Part shown: positions 1-10,717 of the stretch, in pieces
Position numbering within the stretch: the first letter of the stretch is position 1
Layout of the letters: the number at the start of each line of letters is the position of its first letter
Assembly: GCA_964521105.1 (NCBI GenBank)
Contig: CAZFPO010000006.1
Coordinates: 2,822 to 66,821, forward strand
Direction: 5' to 3'
DNA from: an uncultured Lentimicrobiaceae bacterium
GTDB lineage: Bacteria > Bacteroidota > Bacteroidia > Bacteroidales > WCHB1-69
Length of the DNA stretch: 64,000 nucleotides
Notes under the pieces: generated by a model
What the model saw: the letters and a program-made list of their open reading frames with translations, nothing else
The model's database searches: none
Told to the model about the DNA's origin: nothing
Position numbers and translations under genes: made by a program

Positions 1-275
1 CGAGTTATTAAAGCAATTACTTTTATCAATTTTTGCTTATTTTCAACTCTGTTAACTAGTTCATTTAACAAAATAGAAGAGGCTAATACTAATACACTAA
101 ACTGAAACAAAAAACCAACCTGAAAGCTGGTGCCTTTTAAGCTTTTTAAAAACACAAATTCGTTAAGTGCTAAAACACCCAGAATTACCCCGTCAATGAT
201 CGAGTAAAACATGTGAATTTTGTATGCTTTTTGCTCTTCTGAATTATAAAAGGATGTTTTAAATAATGATTTCAT
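1..275 (-). CDS. Partial CDS (N-terminal part) of a polytopic membrane protein, possibly an MFS-type transporter. It continues past the window start.
   Basis: Hand translation of the minus strand from ATG at 275-273 gives MKSLFKTSFYNSEEQKAYKIHMFYSIIDGVILGVLALNEFVFLKSLKGTSFQVGFLFQFSVLVLASSILLNELV... The frame stays open to position 1. It is absent from the ORF track because it has no stop in the window. Confidence 0.4.
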   Translation of the reverse strand, partial: MKSLFKTSFYNSEEQKAYKIHMFYSIIDGVILGVLALNEFVFLKSLKGTSFQVGFLFQFSVLVLASSILLNELVNRVENKQKLIKVIALIT

Positions 276-428
276 TGCGACAAAGATAATTTTTTTATGT
301 AGGATTAATTATTCCAATTAAAACCAATTGGCTTGCAAATAAAAATTTCAATTTTACCCAATAATTAATTTTTACTTGAAAAAATGTATTTTTACAAAAA
401 AAATATAAAAATCGTAAAAAGTTAATGA

Positions 429-2087
429 ATGGAGGCAAAATATAAGAAGTATATTCAGATAGTTTTAGGTATTTCTTTTGTTATAACAGGTAGCTTAGTG
501 AATAGTCAAACAATTCCCGAACATATTAGTAATTTTGGAATTTATCAGTTTTTAGACGAGTTGGCAACTCAAAAAGTGATTGAGCTAAATTCGTTAATTA
601 AACCCTATTCTCGAACCTTTATTGCTAATCAATTAAAAGATGCTGAGGTTAAAAAGGAAAAATTAAACAAACGTCAGCAAAAGGAGTTGGAACAATATCT
701 TGCAGAATATAATTTGGAACTAAAATCATCTTCGGAATTCTATAAATTAAATCTTTTAAAAAAGAAGTCTAATACGGAGCTGTCATTCATGCCTTTTGGA
801 TTATTTTACCATGATAATCAGTTTAGAGCAAGCATCAAGCCCGTTTATGGAACCACTTTTTATACCGATTTAGATACGTTGAGTTATCATCGTTGGGGAG
901 GTGTATCGTTTAATGGTTATGTAGGTGATAATTTTGGTTTTTACGTTTCACTTAGTGATCATAGTTTTAACAAAAATATTATTCAGCCAAACTACTTAAC
1001 TTTAGAACAAGGAGCCATTTTAAAGGGTGAAAATTATTTAGACTATAGCGAAATTAGGGGCGGAATAACTTGGTCGTGGAAATGGGGCTCACTTGGTTTG
1101 ATAAAGGATCAGTTGGTATGGGGCGAGGGGTATCATGGAACAAATATTTTATCGGGGAAAACACCATCTGTAGCCATGTTAAAATTTGACATGAAACCAT
1201 CAAAATGGTTTGAATTTAATTACATTCATGCACGACTTGCATCAGATGTTTTAGATAGTGCAAGAACTTATTTGTATTCGGGCTCAGGGGTTCGCAAAGT
1301 TATGCGAGATAAATATTTGGTGGCTAATATGTTTACTTTTACGCCATGGAAAAATTTAAATTTGAGTTTTGGAAATTCATTAGTTTATAGCGATCAAGGA
1401 ATTCAACTTCAATATTTAATTCCGTTTATGTTTTATAAATCGGTAGACGACACGTATAATGGCACCGATAACCAAGCGGGACATAATGCACAAATGTTTG
1501 CTTCTATCAGTTCGCGGAATATTAAATTTTTCCATATTTACGCCACAGCATTTGTTGACGAGTTTTCTATTCGGAGAATGAATGACCCCGAACGTCAATC
1601 AAATTTTGTAAGTATAAAAGCAGGTATTCAGGGTTCAAACCTATTTAATTCAAATGTGTTTTTTACAACGGAGTTTACTAGAACAAATCCCTTGGTTTAT
1701 CAACATTTTATTCCTGCCACTACATTTCAAACCAATCAATACTGTATGGGACATTATTTAAAAGATAATGCTCAAGAATTATTTATTTCGATTAACTATA
1801 AGCCAATATCGAGAATGAGCTTAGGAATAAATTACACGAATATTAAAAAAGGAACACCATATATTTACGGACAAGTAGATCCATGGGGCTTGCCTTTTAT
1901 GGAAACAGTTGTTTGGGAGGCAACCCGAGTATCGGGTACGCTTAGTTATGAATTTTTATCAAAAATTTATATTCAAGGCGAAGCAATGGTTTATTTTAAT
2001 AAGGGAAATGCAAGTTTATACAACCCTTATTATTTAGCTCGAAATAGAGGTATAGCGGTTAATGGAGGTTTGTCAATAGGATTTTAA
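429..2087 (+). CDS. Outer-membrane beta-barrel protein, probably capsule assembly Wzi family
   Basis: N-terminal signal-like segment, then a helical region (YQFLDELATQKVIELNSLIKPYSRTFIANQL) typical of Wzi-like proteins. The body is rich in aromatic/Gly beta-strand patterns and ends in a C-terminal F. Confidence 0.5.
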   Translation: MEAKYKKYIQIVLGISFVITGSLVNSQTIPEHISNFGIYQFLDELATQKVIELNSLIKPYSRTFIANQLKDAEVKKEKLNKRQQKELEQYLAEYNLELKSSSEFYKLNLLKKKSNTELSFMPFGLFYHDNQFRASIKPVYGTTFYTDLDTLSYHRWGGVSFNGYVGDNFGFYVSLSDHSFNKNIIQPNYLTLEQGAILKGENYLDYSEIRGGITWSWKWGSLGLIKDQLVWGEGYHGTNILSGKTPSVAMLKFDMKPSKWFEFNYIHARLASDVLDSARTYLYSGSGVRKVMRDKYLVANMFTFTPWKNLNLSFGNSLVYSDQGIQLQYLIPFMFYKSVDDTYNGTDNQAGHNAQMFASISSRNIKFFHIYATAFVDEFSIRRMNDPERQSNFVSIKAGIQGSNLFNSNVFFTTEFTRTNPLVYQHFIPATTFQTNQYCMGHYLKDNAQELFISINYKPISRMSLGINYTNIKKGTPYIYGQVDPWGLPFMETVVWEATRVSGTLSYEFLSKIYIQGEAMVYFNKGNASLYNPYYLARNRGIAVNGGLSIGF

Positions 2088-2109
2088 TAATATCCAATAA
2101 ACAATTACC

Positions 2110-3243
2110 TTATTTCAAATTTTCTTTTTGAAAAACTGGATTTGCATATATTTTTAAAAAATTATCTTTAAAAATTTCATTGTCAACATCTGCTTTTTCA
2201 ATATTAGCATTTAAATAGTTTTCAAATGTTCTTTTTTGGTCAACCGAATAAAATGATTTAAACGTGTCTGTATTGTTAACTAAATCTGCTGCAATATAAT
2301 TATTTGGAAAAAGTTTGTAGTTTGAAATAATGCTTTTATCAATTTGCGACGCAATTTCTTTAATTATGTCATTATCATTTCCCTCCAAATTACTCCATTC
2401 TTCAAAAGATTCGTTTAATGGCTTTCCAATAACTAAGGAAACTTGTCCTTTTTTTTGTACAATTCCAGTTTCAATACTTAATAAATCTTCACCGGGTTGT
2501 TTTTCGTATTTGCCATTTTGCGACAAAGTTAGTTCTCGAGCTTTCAAAAAATCGCATGTTTCAAATTCGTACGAAATCGAAAAAGGGACAATGTTTAAAC
2601 GATAGATTTTTTCTGGAATATTTCCAGTACCAGTTAGTGAAAGCATTTTAACTAAACCTTGCTGTGTCGCATCTAATCCATCTTTTGTACGACCATTCCG
2701 CTGTGCAATCCATACCGAATGATTGTTTTTTATACTATCATCTATAAATGCTGACAACAAATATGAGTTTTCAATTAATTCTCGAGCATTACCATCACGT
2801 TTAACCAAAAACATTTTGTTTAGTTTAGCAATATCCATTAGTAAATTGGTAATTACTAAATTGTTCCCAATTGCATTTTGTGTTGTATTAAATCCATTAT
2901 CAAATAATAATATTTGTAACAATGCAGAATCTAATACAATATCCCTATGATTAGAAATAAATAAATAAGCATTTTTTTTATTTATATTATCTAAGCCAGA
3001 TGCTTGAAAATTACTAATTGAAAAAGAAATTATTTTTTGAATAAATTTTCTTGAAATTTTAGCTTGAAATTCGTGAACAGAATTTATTTTTTTAATTTCA
3101 TTCAACTCTTCAGTATAATTATGCTCATCTAAAATGTATTTTTTTAAAAAATAATTAAAGTTGTCATTTTTCAATATTCGGGTAATTGCTTCATTTACTT
3201 CAATATCGTAATAAGGTCTTATTTCATCAAAATTAAATTCCAT
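2110..3243 (-). CDS. Acyltransferase family protein (PlsC/glycerol acyltransferase-like)
   Basis: Contains SNHRDIVLDSALL, the acyltransferase catalytic His/Asp block, in the position seen in Bacteroidota 1-acyl-sn-glycerol-3-phosphate acyltransferase-like proteins of about 380 aa. Confidence 0.55.
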   Translation of the reverse strand: MEFNFDEIRPYYDIEVNEAITRILKNDNFNYFLKKYILDEHNYTEELNEIKKINSVHEFQAKISRKFIQKIISFSISNFQASGLDNINKKNAYLFISNHRDIVLDSALLQILLFDNGFNTTQNAIGNNLVITNLLMDIAKLNKMFLVKRDGNARELIENSYLLSAFIDDSIKNNHSVWIAQRNGRTKDGLDATQQGLVKMLSLTGTGNIPEKIYRLNIVPFSISYEFETCDFLKARELTLSQNGKYEKQPGEDLLSIETGIVQKKGQVSLVIGKPLNESFEEWSNLEGNDNDIIKEIASQIDKSIISNYKLFPNNYIAADLVNNTDTFKSFYSVDQKRTFENYLNANIEKADVDNEIFKDNFLKIYANPVFQKENLK

Positions 3244-3262
3244 AATTGCTCTATTTTTTATG

Positions 3263-3270
3263 CAAAATTA
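3263..3270 (-). promoter_or_regulatory. Bacteroidota -7 promoter box (TAATTTTG) for the acyltransferase gene
   Basis: The minus strand reads TAATTTTG, matching the TAnnTTTG consensus, 19 nt upstream of the ATG at 3243. Confidence 0.45.
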
Positions 3271-3527
3271 TAGTTATCCTATAATTATTACATAAAACTA
3301 ATGTGCAAGCATTTGTAATAATTATTGAAAAAATGCTGATATTGTTTGTAATAAGTTGAAAATAAGGCTGATGCGAAAAGTGTTAAAAAAAGAAAAAAGT
3401 TTGATAACGGACAACCTTTGGTTTTTAATCATTGTCTTATTTTAAGAAACTGACAATTTTGTGGTTATACGCTCCTGATTTTACCACTTTTATACAGTCT
3501 AGTTTTATGTTGTTTATTCCCATAAAT

Positions 3528-3552
3528 AAAAGCATCTTCCCCAGATGCTTTT
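3528..3552 (-). terminator. Hairpin terminator downstream of the porQ-like gene
   Basis: AAAAGCATCT-TCCCC-AGATGCTTTT forms a 10-bp stem with T-rich flanks on both strands. It lies 29 nt after the stop at 3581. Confidence 0.5.
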
Positions 3553-3580
3553 ATTTTTTTAATAGGTAAAAAGATTTTTA

Positions 3581-4639
3581 TCAATTTTTTAAAAAATCCG
3601 ACAAATTAGTGGCAATAGTAACATAGTTTGGCGATCCAGCAGGGTGGTAAATTGCTCTTGAGTAGCTAAATTGAAATTTTGAAATTTTTAAACCCAAACC
3701 CCATGAAAATCCACTTAAACCGGGTTTTGAAGGAACGCTAATTTCTTGACGTTTTTGATAATTATATCCTAATCTCAAAGCAAATGCTTTAAAGGGTTGA
3801 AATTCAATTCCAAAAACTAAATGCCGTAAGGTTTTGTCAGCAAGTTTGGCTGTTTTTGATTTTTCAATAATTAAACCGGTTATTGCATCTCTTTGAATAC
3901 TGGGGTCGTTAGGGTCGTTAAATGTTAAATCCCATTTTTCAAGATGTTGCCAAACAATAGAATAGGTAAAAGGAGCATATTTTAGTTTTTGTGAAACAGC
4001 AGCATGAATGCCAAAAGGCAATGGCTCACGAGTAGTGGTGTAGCTTTTTATTTGTGTGCCAATATTTTGTGCAATAATTGATAAAGCTAAACGATTAGAT
4101 TTGTTGTAATAAGTAAATGCTACATCTGTAGCAATTCCAATTGAATTATATTCAGCATAAGTAGAGCTTATTAGTTTTAAATTAGCTCCAATAAATAGAC
4201 TTGAATCAAGTTTTTTTCCCCAACCAATTTGACCAAAAACATCGTGTGCCATAAAATTCCCATAGGTTATTCCGGAAGGGTCTGTTTCGGTAAATTTTCC
4301 ATAGTCGAAGTAATTAACCGATGCTGTGAACGAACCGATTTTTTTAAAAGTGTGAGCATAAGCGGCAGAAAATGAGATTACGTCAGAGGGAAAATCAATA
4401 AATGATAACATTAACTGATTATGCAATTTTTCTGAAATTATAGATGGGTTATGTATTGAAAGTTGAATGTCGTCATCGTAACGATTATAAAAAACACTCC
4501 CCATAGCAAGTTGTCGTGAAGATTGTGGTTGTAGTAAAAAACGATAGGTTGAACCACTTCCACTTTGTGAAAAAACTGGAACATAAAGAGTGTAAACCAA
4601 CAGAAAAATTGAAAAAAAAATTACTTTTTTTATTGTCAT
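3581..4639 (-). CDS. porQ: Type IX secretion system membrane protein, PorQ-like
   Basis: 352 aa with a signal peptide. N-terminal block YRFLLQPQSSRQLAMGSVFYNRYDDDIQLSIHNPSII resembles the PorQ/PorV family signature. Beta-barrel-like composition. Confidence 0.55.
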   Translation of the reverse strand: MTIKKVIFFSIFLLVYTLYVPVFSQSGSGSTYRFLLQPQSSRQLAMGSVFYNRYDDDIQLSIHNPSIISEKLHNQLMLSFIDFPSDVISFSAAYAHTFKKIGSFTASVNYFDYGKFTETDPSGITYGNFMAHDVFGQIGWGKKLDSSLFIGANLKLISSTYAEYNSIGIATDVAFTYYNKSNRLALSIIAQNIGTQIKSYTTTREPLPFGIHAAVSQKLKYAPFTYSIVWQHLEKWDLTFNDPNDPSIQRDAITGLIIEKSKTAKLADKTLRHLVFGIEFQPFKAFALRLGYNYQKRQEISVPSKPGLSGFSWGLGLKISKFQFSYSRAIYHPAGSPNYVTIATNLSDFLKN

Positions 4640-4681
4640 TATGAAAAATGTTACAAGTTAAGCATTAATAAAAACAATTCA

Positions 4682-4689
4682 CAAAAATA
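4682..4689 (-). promoter_or_regulatory. -7 promoter box (TATTTTTG) upstream of porQ-like gene
   Basis: Minus-strand TATTTTTG lies 42 nt upstream of the start at 4639. Confidence 0.35.
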
Positions 4690-4845
4690 CAATTATTAAC
4701 GACCTAATATTTCAAATATTGCTTTTTTGTAGAATTTTTGATTTTCGAATTATAGCTAATAGTAAATGTTTCCATAGTTGAGAAAATATTATTAAAAAAA
4801 AACCGATTATTTTTAAGATTTTATTTTTTGTTTCAAAAAACGTTA

Positions 4846-4853
4846 TATCTTTG
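4846..4853 (+). promoter_or_regulatory. -7 promoter box (TATCTTTG) upstream of HU gene
   Basis: TATCTTTG matches TAnnTTTG and lies 52 nt upstream of the ATG at 4906. Confidence 0.45.
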
Positions 4854-4905
4854 CAACCCTTAAAGTTATGAATTAACAATTACAATAATATAAAATTTAT
4901 AAATT

Positions 4906-5190
4906 ATGACAAAAGCAGAATTAGTTACCGAAATTTCGAACAAAACCGGTATTGAAAAAGTTGCTGTACAAACAACTATCGAGGCTTTTATGACCTCTAT
5001 TAAAAATTCTTTATCTCGCAATGAGCCTGTTTTCCTAAGAGGATTTGGTAGTTTTACCGTAAAAAGAAGAGCTGAAAAAACCGGACGTAATATTTCTAAA
5101 AATACAACAATTATTATTCCCGCACATAATATCCCAGCATTTAAACCTGCAAAAACTTTTATTAATGGTATCAAAACCAAAATTAAATAA
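4906..5190 (+). CDS. hup: HU family DNA-binding protein
   Basis: 94 aa. MTKAELVTEISNKTGIEKVAVQTTIEAF...FGSFTVKRRAEKTGRNISKNTTIIIPAHNIPAFKPAKTF shows the canonical HU/IHF fold signature. Confidence 0.9.
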   Translation: MTKAELVTEISNKTGIEKVAVQTTIEAFMTSIKNSLSRNEPVFLRGFGSFTVKRRAEKTGRNISKNTTIIIPAHNIPAFKPAKTFINGIKTKIK

Positions 5191-5217
5191 TAGTATTATC
5201 ATCAAAAATTAAGAATT

Positions 5218-5307
5218 ATGCCAAGCGGAAAAAAAAGAAAAAGACATAAAATGTCTACTCATAAACGTAAAAAACGTTTAAGAAAAAATAGACATAAGAA
5301 GAAATAA
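5218..5307 (+). CDS. 29-aa extremely basic micro-protein (MPSGKKRKRHKMSTHKRKKRLRKNRHKKK), possibly a small ribosome-associated protein of the bS22/bTHX type
   Basis: Hand-translated ATG 5218 to TAA 5305-5307. 21 of 29 residues are K/R/H. It sits 28 nt after the HU stop and before a hairpin. It is below the ORF-track length cutoff. Confidence 0.5.
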   Translation: MPSGKKRKRHKMSTHKRKKRLRKNRHKKK

Positions 5308-5331
5308 CTATTAATTATTTCTTATTAATTT

Positions 5332-5359
5332 ATACATAGTGGCTAATGCTACTATGTAT
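5332..5359 (+). terminator. Hairpin after the HU/micro-ORF unit
   Basis: ATACATAGT-(10 nt loop)-ACTATGTAT forms a 9-bp stem followed by a T-rich ATTTGTTTTAT. Confidence 0.4.
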
Positions 5360-5364
5360 ATTTG
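5357..5364 (+). promoter_or_regulatory. -7 promoter box (TATATTTG) upstream of RNase E/G gene
   Basis: Matches TAnnTTTG and lies 72 nt upstream of the ATG at 5437. Confidence 0.35.
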
Positions 5365-5436
5365 TTTTATGTATAGTATAAAGTTAAAACAATTTAGTAT
5401 TTTTACACTGAAATTTGCTAATAGAATATCTACAAG

Positions 5437-6999
5437 ATGAATGATACTATAAACAGAGAGCTAATTATTAATTCCGAACTTTCGGAAGTAGAAATTGCTC
5501 TTCTAGAAGATAAAAACCTTGTTGAACTTCACCAAGATAAATCAAATCCCAATCACATGGTTGGAGATGTTTATCTTGGAAGAGTTAAGAAAATTATGCC
5601 CGGATTAAATGCAGCATTTATTGATGTTGGGTATGAAAAAGATGCTTTTTTGCATTATTTGGATTTAGGTACGAATATCCAAACAATTAATAAATTTGTA
5701 AAGCGATGTATAAACGAAAGCCCAAATAAAATAATTACCGAACCGGTTCATTATGAGGACGAAATTCAAAAAAATGGTAAAATTTCTGATGTCCTTACTA
5801 CTGGTCAATCAATTTTGGTTCAGGTTGCAAAAGAACCAATTTCTACAAAAGGTCCACGAGTTTCTGCCGAAATTTCATTTGCTGGAAGATACTTAGTTTT
5901 AGTTCCATTTGCTGATAAAGTTTCAATTTCACAAAAAATAAAAAGTTCGGAAGAGCGTACAAGGTTAAAACGGCTTATTCAAAGTATTAAACCTCAAAAT
6001 TATGGGGTTATTATTAGAACCGTTGCCGAAAATAAAAAAGTTGCTGAGTTGGATAACGATTTAAAACAATTAGTTACAAAGTGGGAAAATGCAATAAATC
6101 GTTTACATACCGCCGTGCCTCCATTAAAAGTAGTTAGCGAAATTGATAGAACATCGGTCATTCTTAGAGATCTATTAAATGAATCGTTTAATGCAATTCA
6201 TGTTAATGAAGAAACATTAGCAAATGAAATAAAAACTTTTTTAGGTGATATTGCACCCGACAAAGTTGAAATTGTAAAGTTCTATAAAGGAAAACTTCCA
6301 ATTTTTGAAAACTTTGGGGTTGATAAACAAATAAAAAATTCTTTCGGAAAAGTTGTTACTATAAAAAGTGGAATTTATTTGATAATTGAACACACCGAAG
6401 CCCTGCATGTAATTGATGTTAATAGTGGACATCGCAATAATTCTTCTAATACCCAAGAAAACAATGCGTTGGAAGTTAATATTGAAGCGGCAAAAGAAAT
6501 TGCACGCCAATTAAGACTTAGAGATATGGGGGGTATTATTGTCATTGATTTTATTGATTTACATTTAGGTCAAAACCGGCGAGAGCTTTATCAGAAAATG
6601 AAAGACTTAATGATGCTCGATCGTGCAAAACATACTATATTACCACCCAGTAAGTTCGGTTTGGTTCAAATTACTCGTCAACGTGTTCGTCCCGAAATGT
6701 CAATAGAGGTTTTAGAAAAATGTCCTTGCTGCGATGGTACTGGTGAGATAAAACCAAATAGTTTAATTATTGATGAAATTGATAATAATATTTCTTATCT
6801 ACTTCGCGATCAAAACGAAAAGAAACTAATCTTAAATGTAAATCCAATACTATATGCTTATTTAACAAAAGGATTTTTTTCGATACAATTTAGATGGTTT
6901 AGAAAATATCGTACGTGGATTAAAATAAGATCAATTTCCTCATATCAACTTTTAGAATACAAATTTTTTAATATCACTGATGACGAAATTAAAATTTAG
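5437..6999 (+). CDS. rng: Ribonuclease E/G family (Rne/Rng)
   Basis: 520 aa. S1 domain (GDVYLGRVKKIMPGLNAAFIDVG), catalytic core HVIDVNSG and a zinc-link-like CPCCDGTG. Confidence 0.9.
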   Translation: MNDTINRELIINSELSEVEIALLEDKNLVELHQDKSNPNHMVGDVYLGRVKKIMPGLNAAFIDVGYEKDAFLHYLDLGTNIQTINKFVKRCINESPNKIITEPVHYEDEIQKNGKISDVLTTGQSILVQVAKEPISTKGPRVSAEISFAGRYLVLVPFADKVSISQKIKSSEERTRLKRLIQSIKPQNYGVIIRTVAENKKVAELDNDLKQLVTKWENAINRLHTAVPPLKVVSEIDRTSVILRDLLNESFNAIHVNEETLANEIKTFLGDIAPDKVEIVKFYKGKLPIFENFGVDKQIKNSFGKVVTIKSGIYLIIEHTEALHVIDVNSGHRNNSSNTQENNALEVNIEAAKEIARQLRLRDMGGIIVIDFIDLHLGQNRRELYQKMKDLMMLDRAKHTILPPSKFGLVQITRQRVRPEMSIEVLEKCPCCDGTGEIKPNSLIIDEIDNNISYLLRDQNEKKLILNVNPILYAYLTKGFFSIQFRWFRKYRTWIKIRSISSYQLLEYKFFNITDDEIKI

Positions 7000-7014
7000 T
7001 TTGGTAAATTTATT

Positions 7015-7495
7015 ATGAATACATTTGAAAACAAATCAATTACTCCATTAGTAGCACTCGAAAAAGCCAAAAAACATTGTGCCTATTCTGAACGTTGCCA
7101 TTTCGATATGCGAATGAAACTCAGGGAATGGAATGTTGATGAAAAAACATCAGAATGGATAATTTCTTGTTTAATTGAAGAATCTTTTATTAATGAAGAA
7201 CGTTTTGCATTAAACTATACTCGTGGTAAACTTACTCAAAACGGCTGGGGAAAAAATAAAATAAAATATGCGTTGCGTCAAAAGAAAATTACGGATTATT
7301 TGATAAAAAAGTCGTTAGCTGAAATTTCGGACGATATATATTTATCGATTATTAAAAAGGAAGCGGTTAAAAAAATTACACCCAAAGGTATAACCGAACG
7401 TCAAGAATTCAATAAAGTTTTGCAATATTTAATTCAAAAAGGGTTTGAGTCGGATATTTCAACTCAAGTTTTGAATTCAATAATTAATAAAAACG

Positions 7496-7506
<11 letters not shown>
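7015..7506 (+). CDS. recX: Regulatory protein RecX
   Basis: 163 aa. KKHCAYSERCHFDMRMKLREW plus repeated three-helix modules, as in RecX. Confidence 0.65.
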
Positions 7507-8585
<1,079 letters not shown>

Positions 8586-8587
8586 TG

Positions 8588-8614
8588 TTGTCCGAAGTCT
8601 CAGACTTCGGACAA
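8588..8614. terminator. GC-rich 12-bp perfect hairpin between convergent prfB and fcl
   Basis: TTGTCCGAAGTC-TCA-GACTTCGGACAA. Two more direct copies of GACTTCGGACA follow, up to 8647. Confidence 0.55.
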
Positions 8615-8653
8615 CAAAGTCAGAGACTTCGGACAGCGGACTTCGGACAACAA

Positions 8654-9589
8654 TCAATGGGTAAAGATTTTTTGCAAATACCACTTATAAACGGTTTCGA
8701 TTCCGTCTTCTAAAGATGTTTTGTATGACCATCCAGTTTGTTTAAGAAGGCTCACATCCAATAGTTTACGTGGAGTACCGTCGGGTTTAGATAAATCGTT
8801 CACGATGGTTCCTTGATAGCCAACAATTTTTTTAACCAAATTTGATAGATCGGCAATTGAAATATCCTCGCCAGTGCCAATATTAACATGCGATTCATCA
8901 TTATATTGAAGCATTAAGTGTAATAATGCATCTGCTAAATCGTCTACATAAAGGAATTCTCTTAGAGGAGAACCAGTTCCCCACATTACTACTTCCGGGG
9001 AGTTGTTAACTTTTGCTTCATGAAATTTACGAATTAATGCAGGTAAAACATGCGAGCTTTGTAAATCAAAATTATCGTTAATTCCGTATAAATTTGTTGG
9101 CATAGCCGAAATAAAATTCACTCCATATTGTCGACGATAAAACTTACACAACTCAATGCCAGTAATTTTTGCAATAGCATACGCTTCATTGGTTGGTTCG
9201 AGTGTGTTGGTTAGTAAATATTCTTCTTTAATGGGTTGTGGGGCAAATTTGGGATATATACATGAGCTTCCTAAAAAAAGCAATTTTTCAACTTTATTTA
9301 AAAAAGCGGAATGAATGATGTTCGCTTCAATCATAAGATTGTCGTACAAAAATTCAGCAGGGTAAGTGTTGTTTGCATGAATTCCACCTACTTTTGCAGC
9401 AGCTAAAAAAACGTATTCGGGTTTATTTTTGTTAAAAAATAGTTCTACATCTGCTTGACGTCGTAAATCAAGTTGACTAAAATCAGCCGTTAATATGTTA
9501 GTGAATCCATTTTGGTTAAGCACACGAATAATTGAGCTTCCAACTAAACCGGTATGACCAGCAACATATATTTTACTATCTTTATTCAT
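8654..9589 (-). CDS. fcl: GDP-L-fucose synthase
   Basis: 311 aa. N-terminal [14 protein letters not shown] Rossmann motif, SSCIYPK, YAIAK. Sits next to gmd. Confidence 0.9.
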   Translation of the reverse strand: MNKDSKIYVAGHTGLVGSSIIRVLNQNGFTNILTADFSQLDLRRQADVELFFNKNKPEYVFLAAAKVGGIHANNTYPAEFLYDNLMIEANIIHSAFLNKVEKLLFLGSSCIYPKFAPQPIKEEYLLTNTLEPTNEAYAIAKITGIELCKFYRRQYGVNFISAMPTNLYGINDNFDLQSSHVLPALIRKFHEAKVNNSPEVVMWGTGSPLREFLYVDDLADALLHLMLQYNDESHVNIGTGEDISIADLSNLVKKIVGYQGTIVNDLSKPDGTPRKLLDVSLLKQTGWSYKTSLEDGIETVYKWYLQKIFTH

Positions 9590-9603
9590 TATTTACAATT
9601 GTT

Positions 9604-10686
9604 TTAAAGTCGGATTTTGCTATTATGTTCTCTAAGAACAAAATCTAAATCATAGTCGACCATAATATTAACTAATTCCTCAAAACTTGTTTTGTGTGGA
9701 TTCCAACCCAGAAGCGATTGAGCTTTTGTTGGGTCTCCACAAAGTTGTTCAACCTCGGCAGGGCGGAAATATTTAGGGTCAACTTCAACTAAAATAGCTC
9801 CTGTTTTAGGATTAATTCCTTTTTCATTAATTCCTTCGCCAACCCAATTTATATTGATACCAGCGCGATTAAAACTTAGTGTGCAAAATTCACGAACAGT
9901 ACGCATTTGTCCAGTGGCAATAACAAAATCTTCGGGTGTATGATGTTGTAAAATCATCCACATGCATTCAATATAGTCTTTGGCATAGCCCCAATCTCGA
10001 AGAGCATCTAAGTTGCCAAGATATAATTTTTTTTGTAAACCATGAGCAATTCGAGCCACGGCAAGTGTAATTTTTCGAGTAACAAAAGTTTCGCCACGGC
10101 GTTCGCTTTCGTGATTAAATAAGATGCCATTTACAGCAAACATTCCGTATGATTCGCGGTAATTTTTGGTTATCCAAAATCCATACAACTTAGCAACTCC
10201 ATAAGGTGAGCGAGGATAAAAAGGGGTGGATTCTTTTTGTGGTACTTCTTGTACCTTACCATATAACTCAGAAGTTGACGCTTGATAAATTTTTGTTTTC
10301 TTTTCTAACCCCAATATTCTAACTGCTTCAAGAATTCGAAGCGTGCCAACCGCATCTGATTCGGCTGTATATTCTGGAACTTCAAACGATACTTTTACAT
10401 GCGATTGAGCGGCAAGGTTATAAATTTCGTCTGGTAATACCGTTTGAATTATACGGATTAAAGAAGAAGAGTCGGTCATGTCGCCATAATGTAAGTTAAT
10501 ACTCTTACTTTTTTTCATGTCTTCAATCCATTCCTCGAAATAAAGATGTTCAATACGACCCGTATTAAACGTTGATGCTCGGCGCATTATACCGTGAACT
10601 TCGTATCCTTTGTCTAATAAAAATTCTGCTAAAAATGAACCATCTTGACCTGTGATTCCAGTAATTAAGGCTATTTTTTTTGACAT
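9604..10686 (-). CDS. gmd: GDP-mannose 4,6-dehydratase
   Basis: 360 aa. [53 protein letters not shown]. Confidence 0.92.
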   Translation of the reverse strand: MSKKIALITGITGQDGSFLAEFLLDKGYEVHGIMRRASTFNTGRIEHLYFEEWIEDMKKSKSINLHYGDMTDSSSLIRIIQTVLPDEIYNLAAQSHVKVSFEVPEYTAESDAVGTLRILEAVRILGLEKKTKIYQASTSELYGKVQEVPQKESTPFYPRSPYGVAKLYGFWITKNYRESYGMFAVNGILFNHESERRGETFVTRKITLAVARIAHGLQKKLYLGNLDALRDWGYAKDYIECMWMILQHHTPEDFVIATGQMRTVREFCTLSFNRAGININWVGEGINEKGINPKTGAILVEVDPKYFRPAEVEQLCGDPTKAQSLLGWNPHKTSFEELVNIMVDYDLDFVLREHNSKIRL

Positions 10687-10717
10687 CTATTTGTTGTTAT
10701 TATTTTCTATAAATTTA

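Noticed and set aside
281-288. Minus-strand TATCTTTG box as promoter of the partial transporter gene
   Set aside because: It is only 5 nt from the ATG at 275, which would imply a leaderless mRNA. It may be real if the true start is the downstream Met, but there is too little evidence to list it as a feature.
3271-3527. Possible small RNA gene in the 340-nt gap between the acyltransferase and porQ-like genes
   Set aside because: I found no promoter box, conserved structure or recognisable RNA family (SRP, 6S, tmRNA, RNase P motifs). The hairpin at 3528-3552 is adequately explained as the porQ terminator.
4866-5180. 104-aa minus-strand ORF
   Set aside because: It is antisense to the clearly recognisable HU gene (4906-5190), so it is a shadow ORF.
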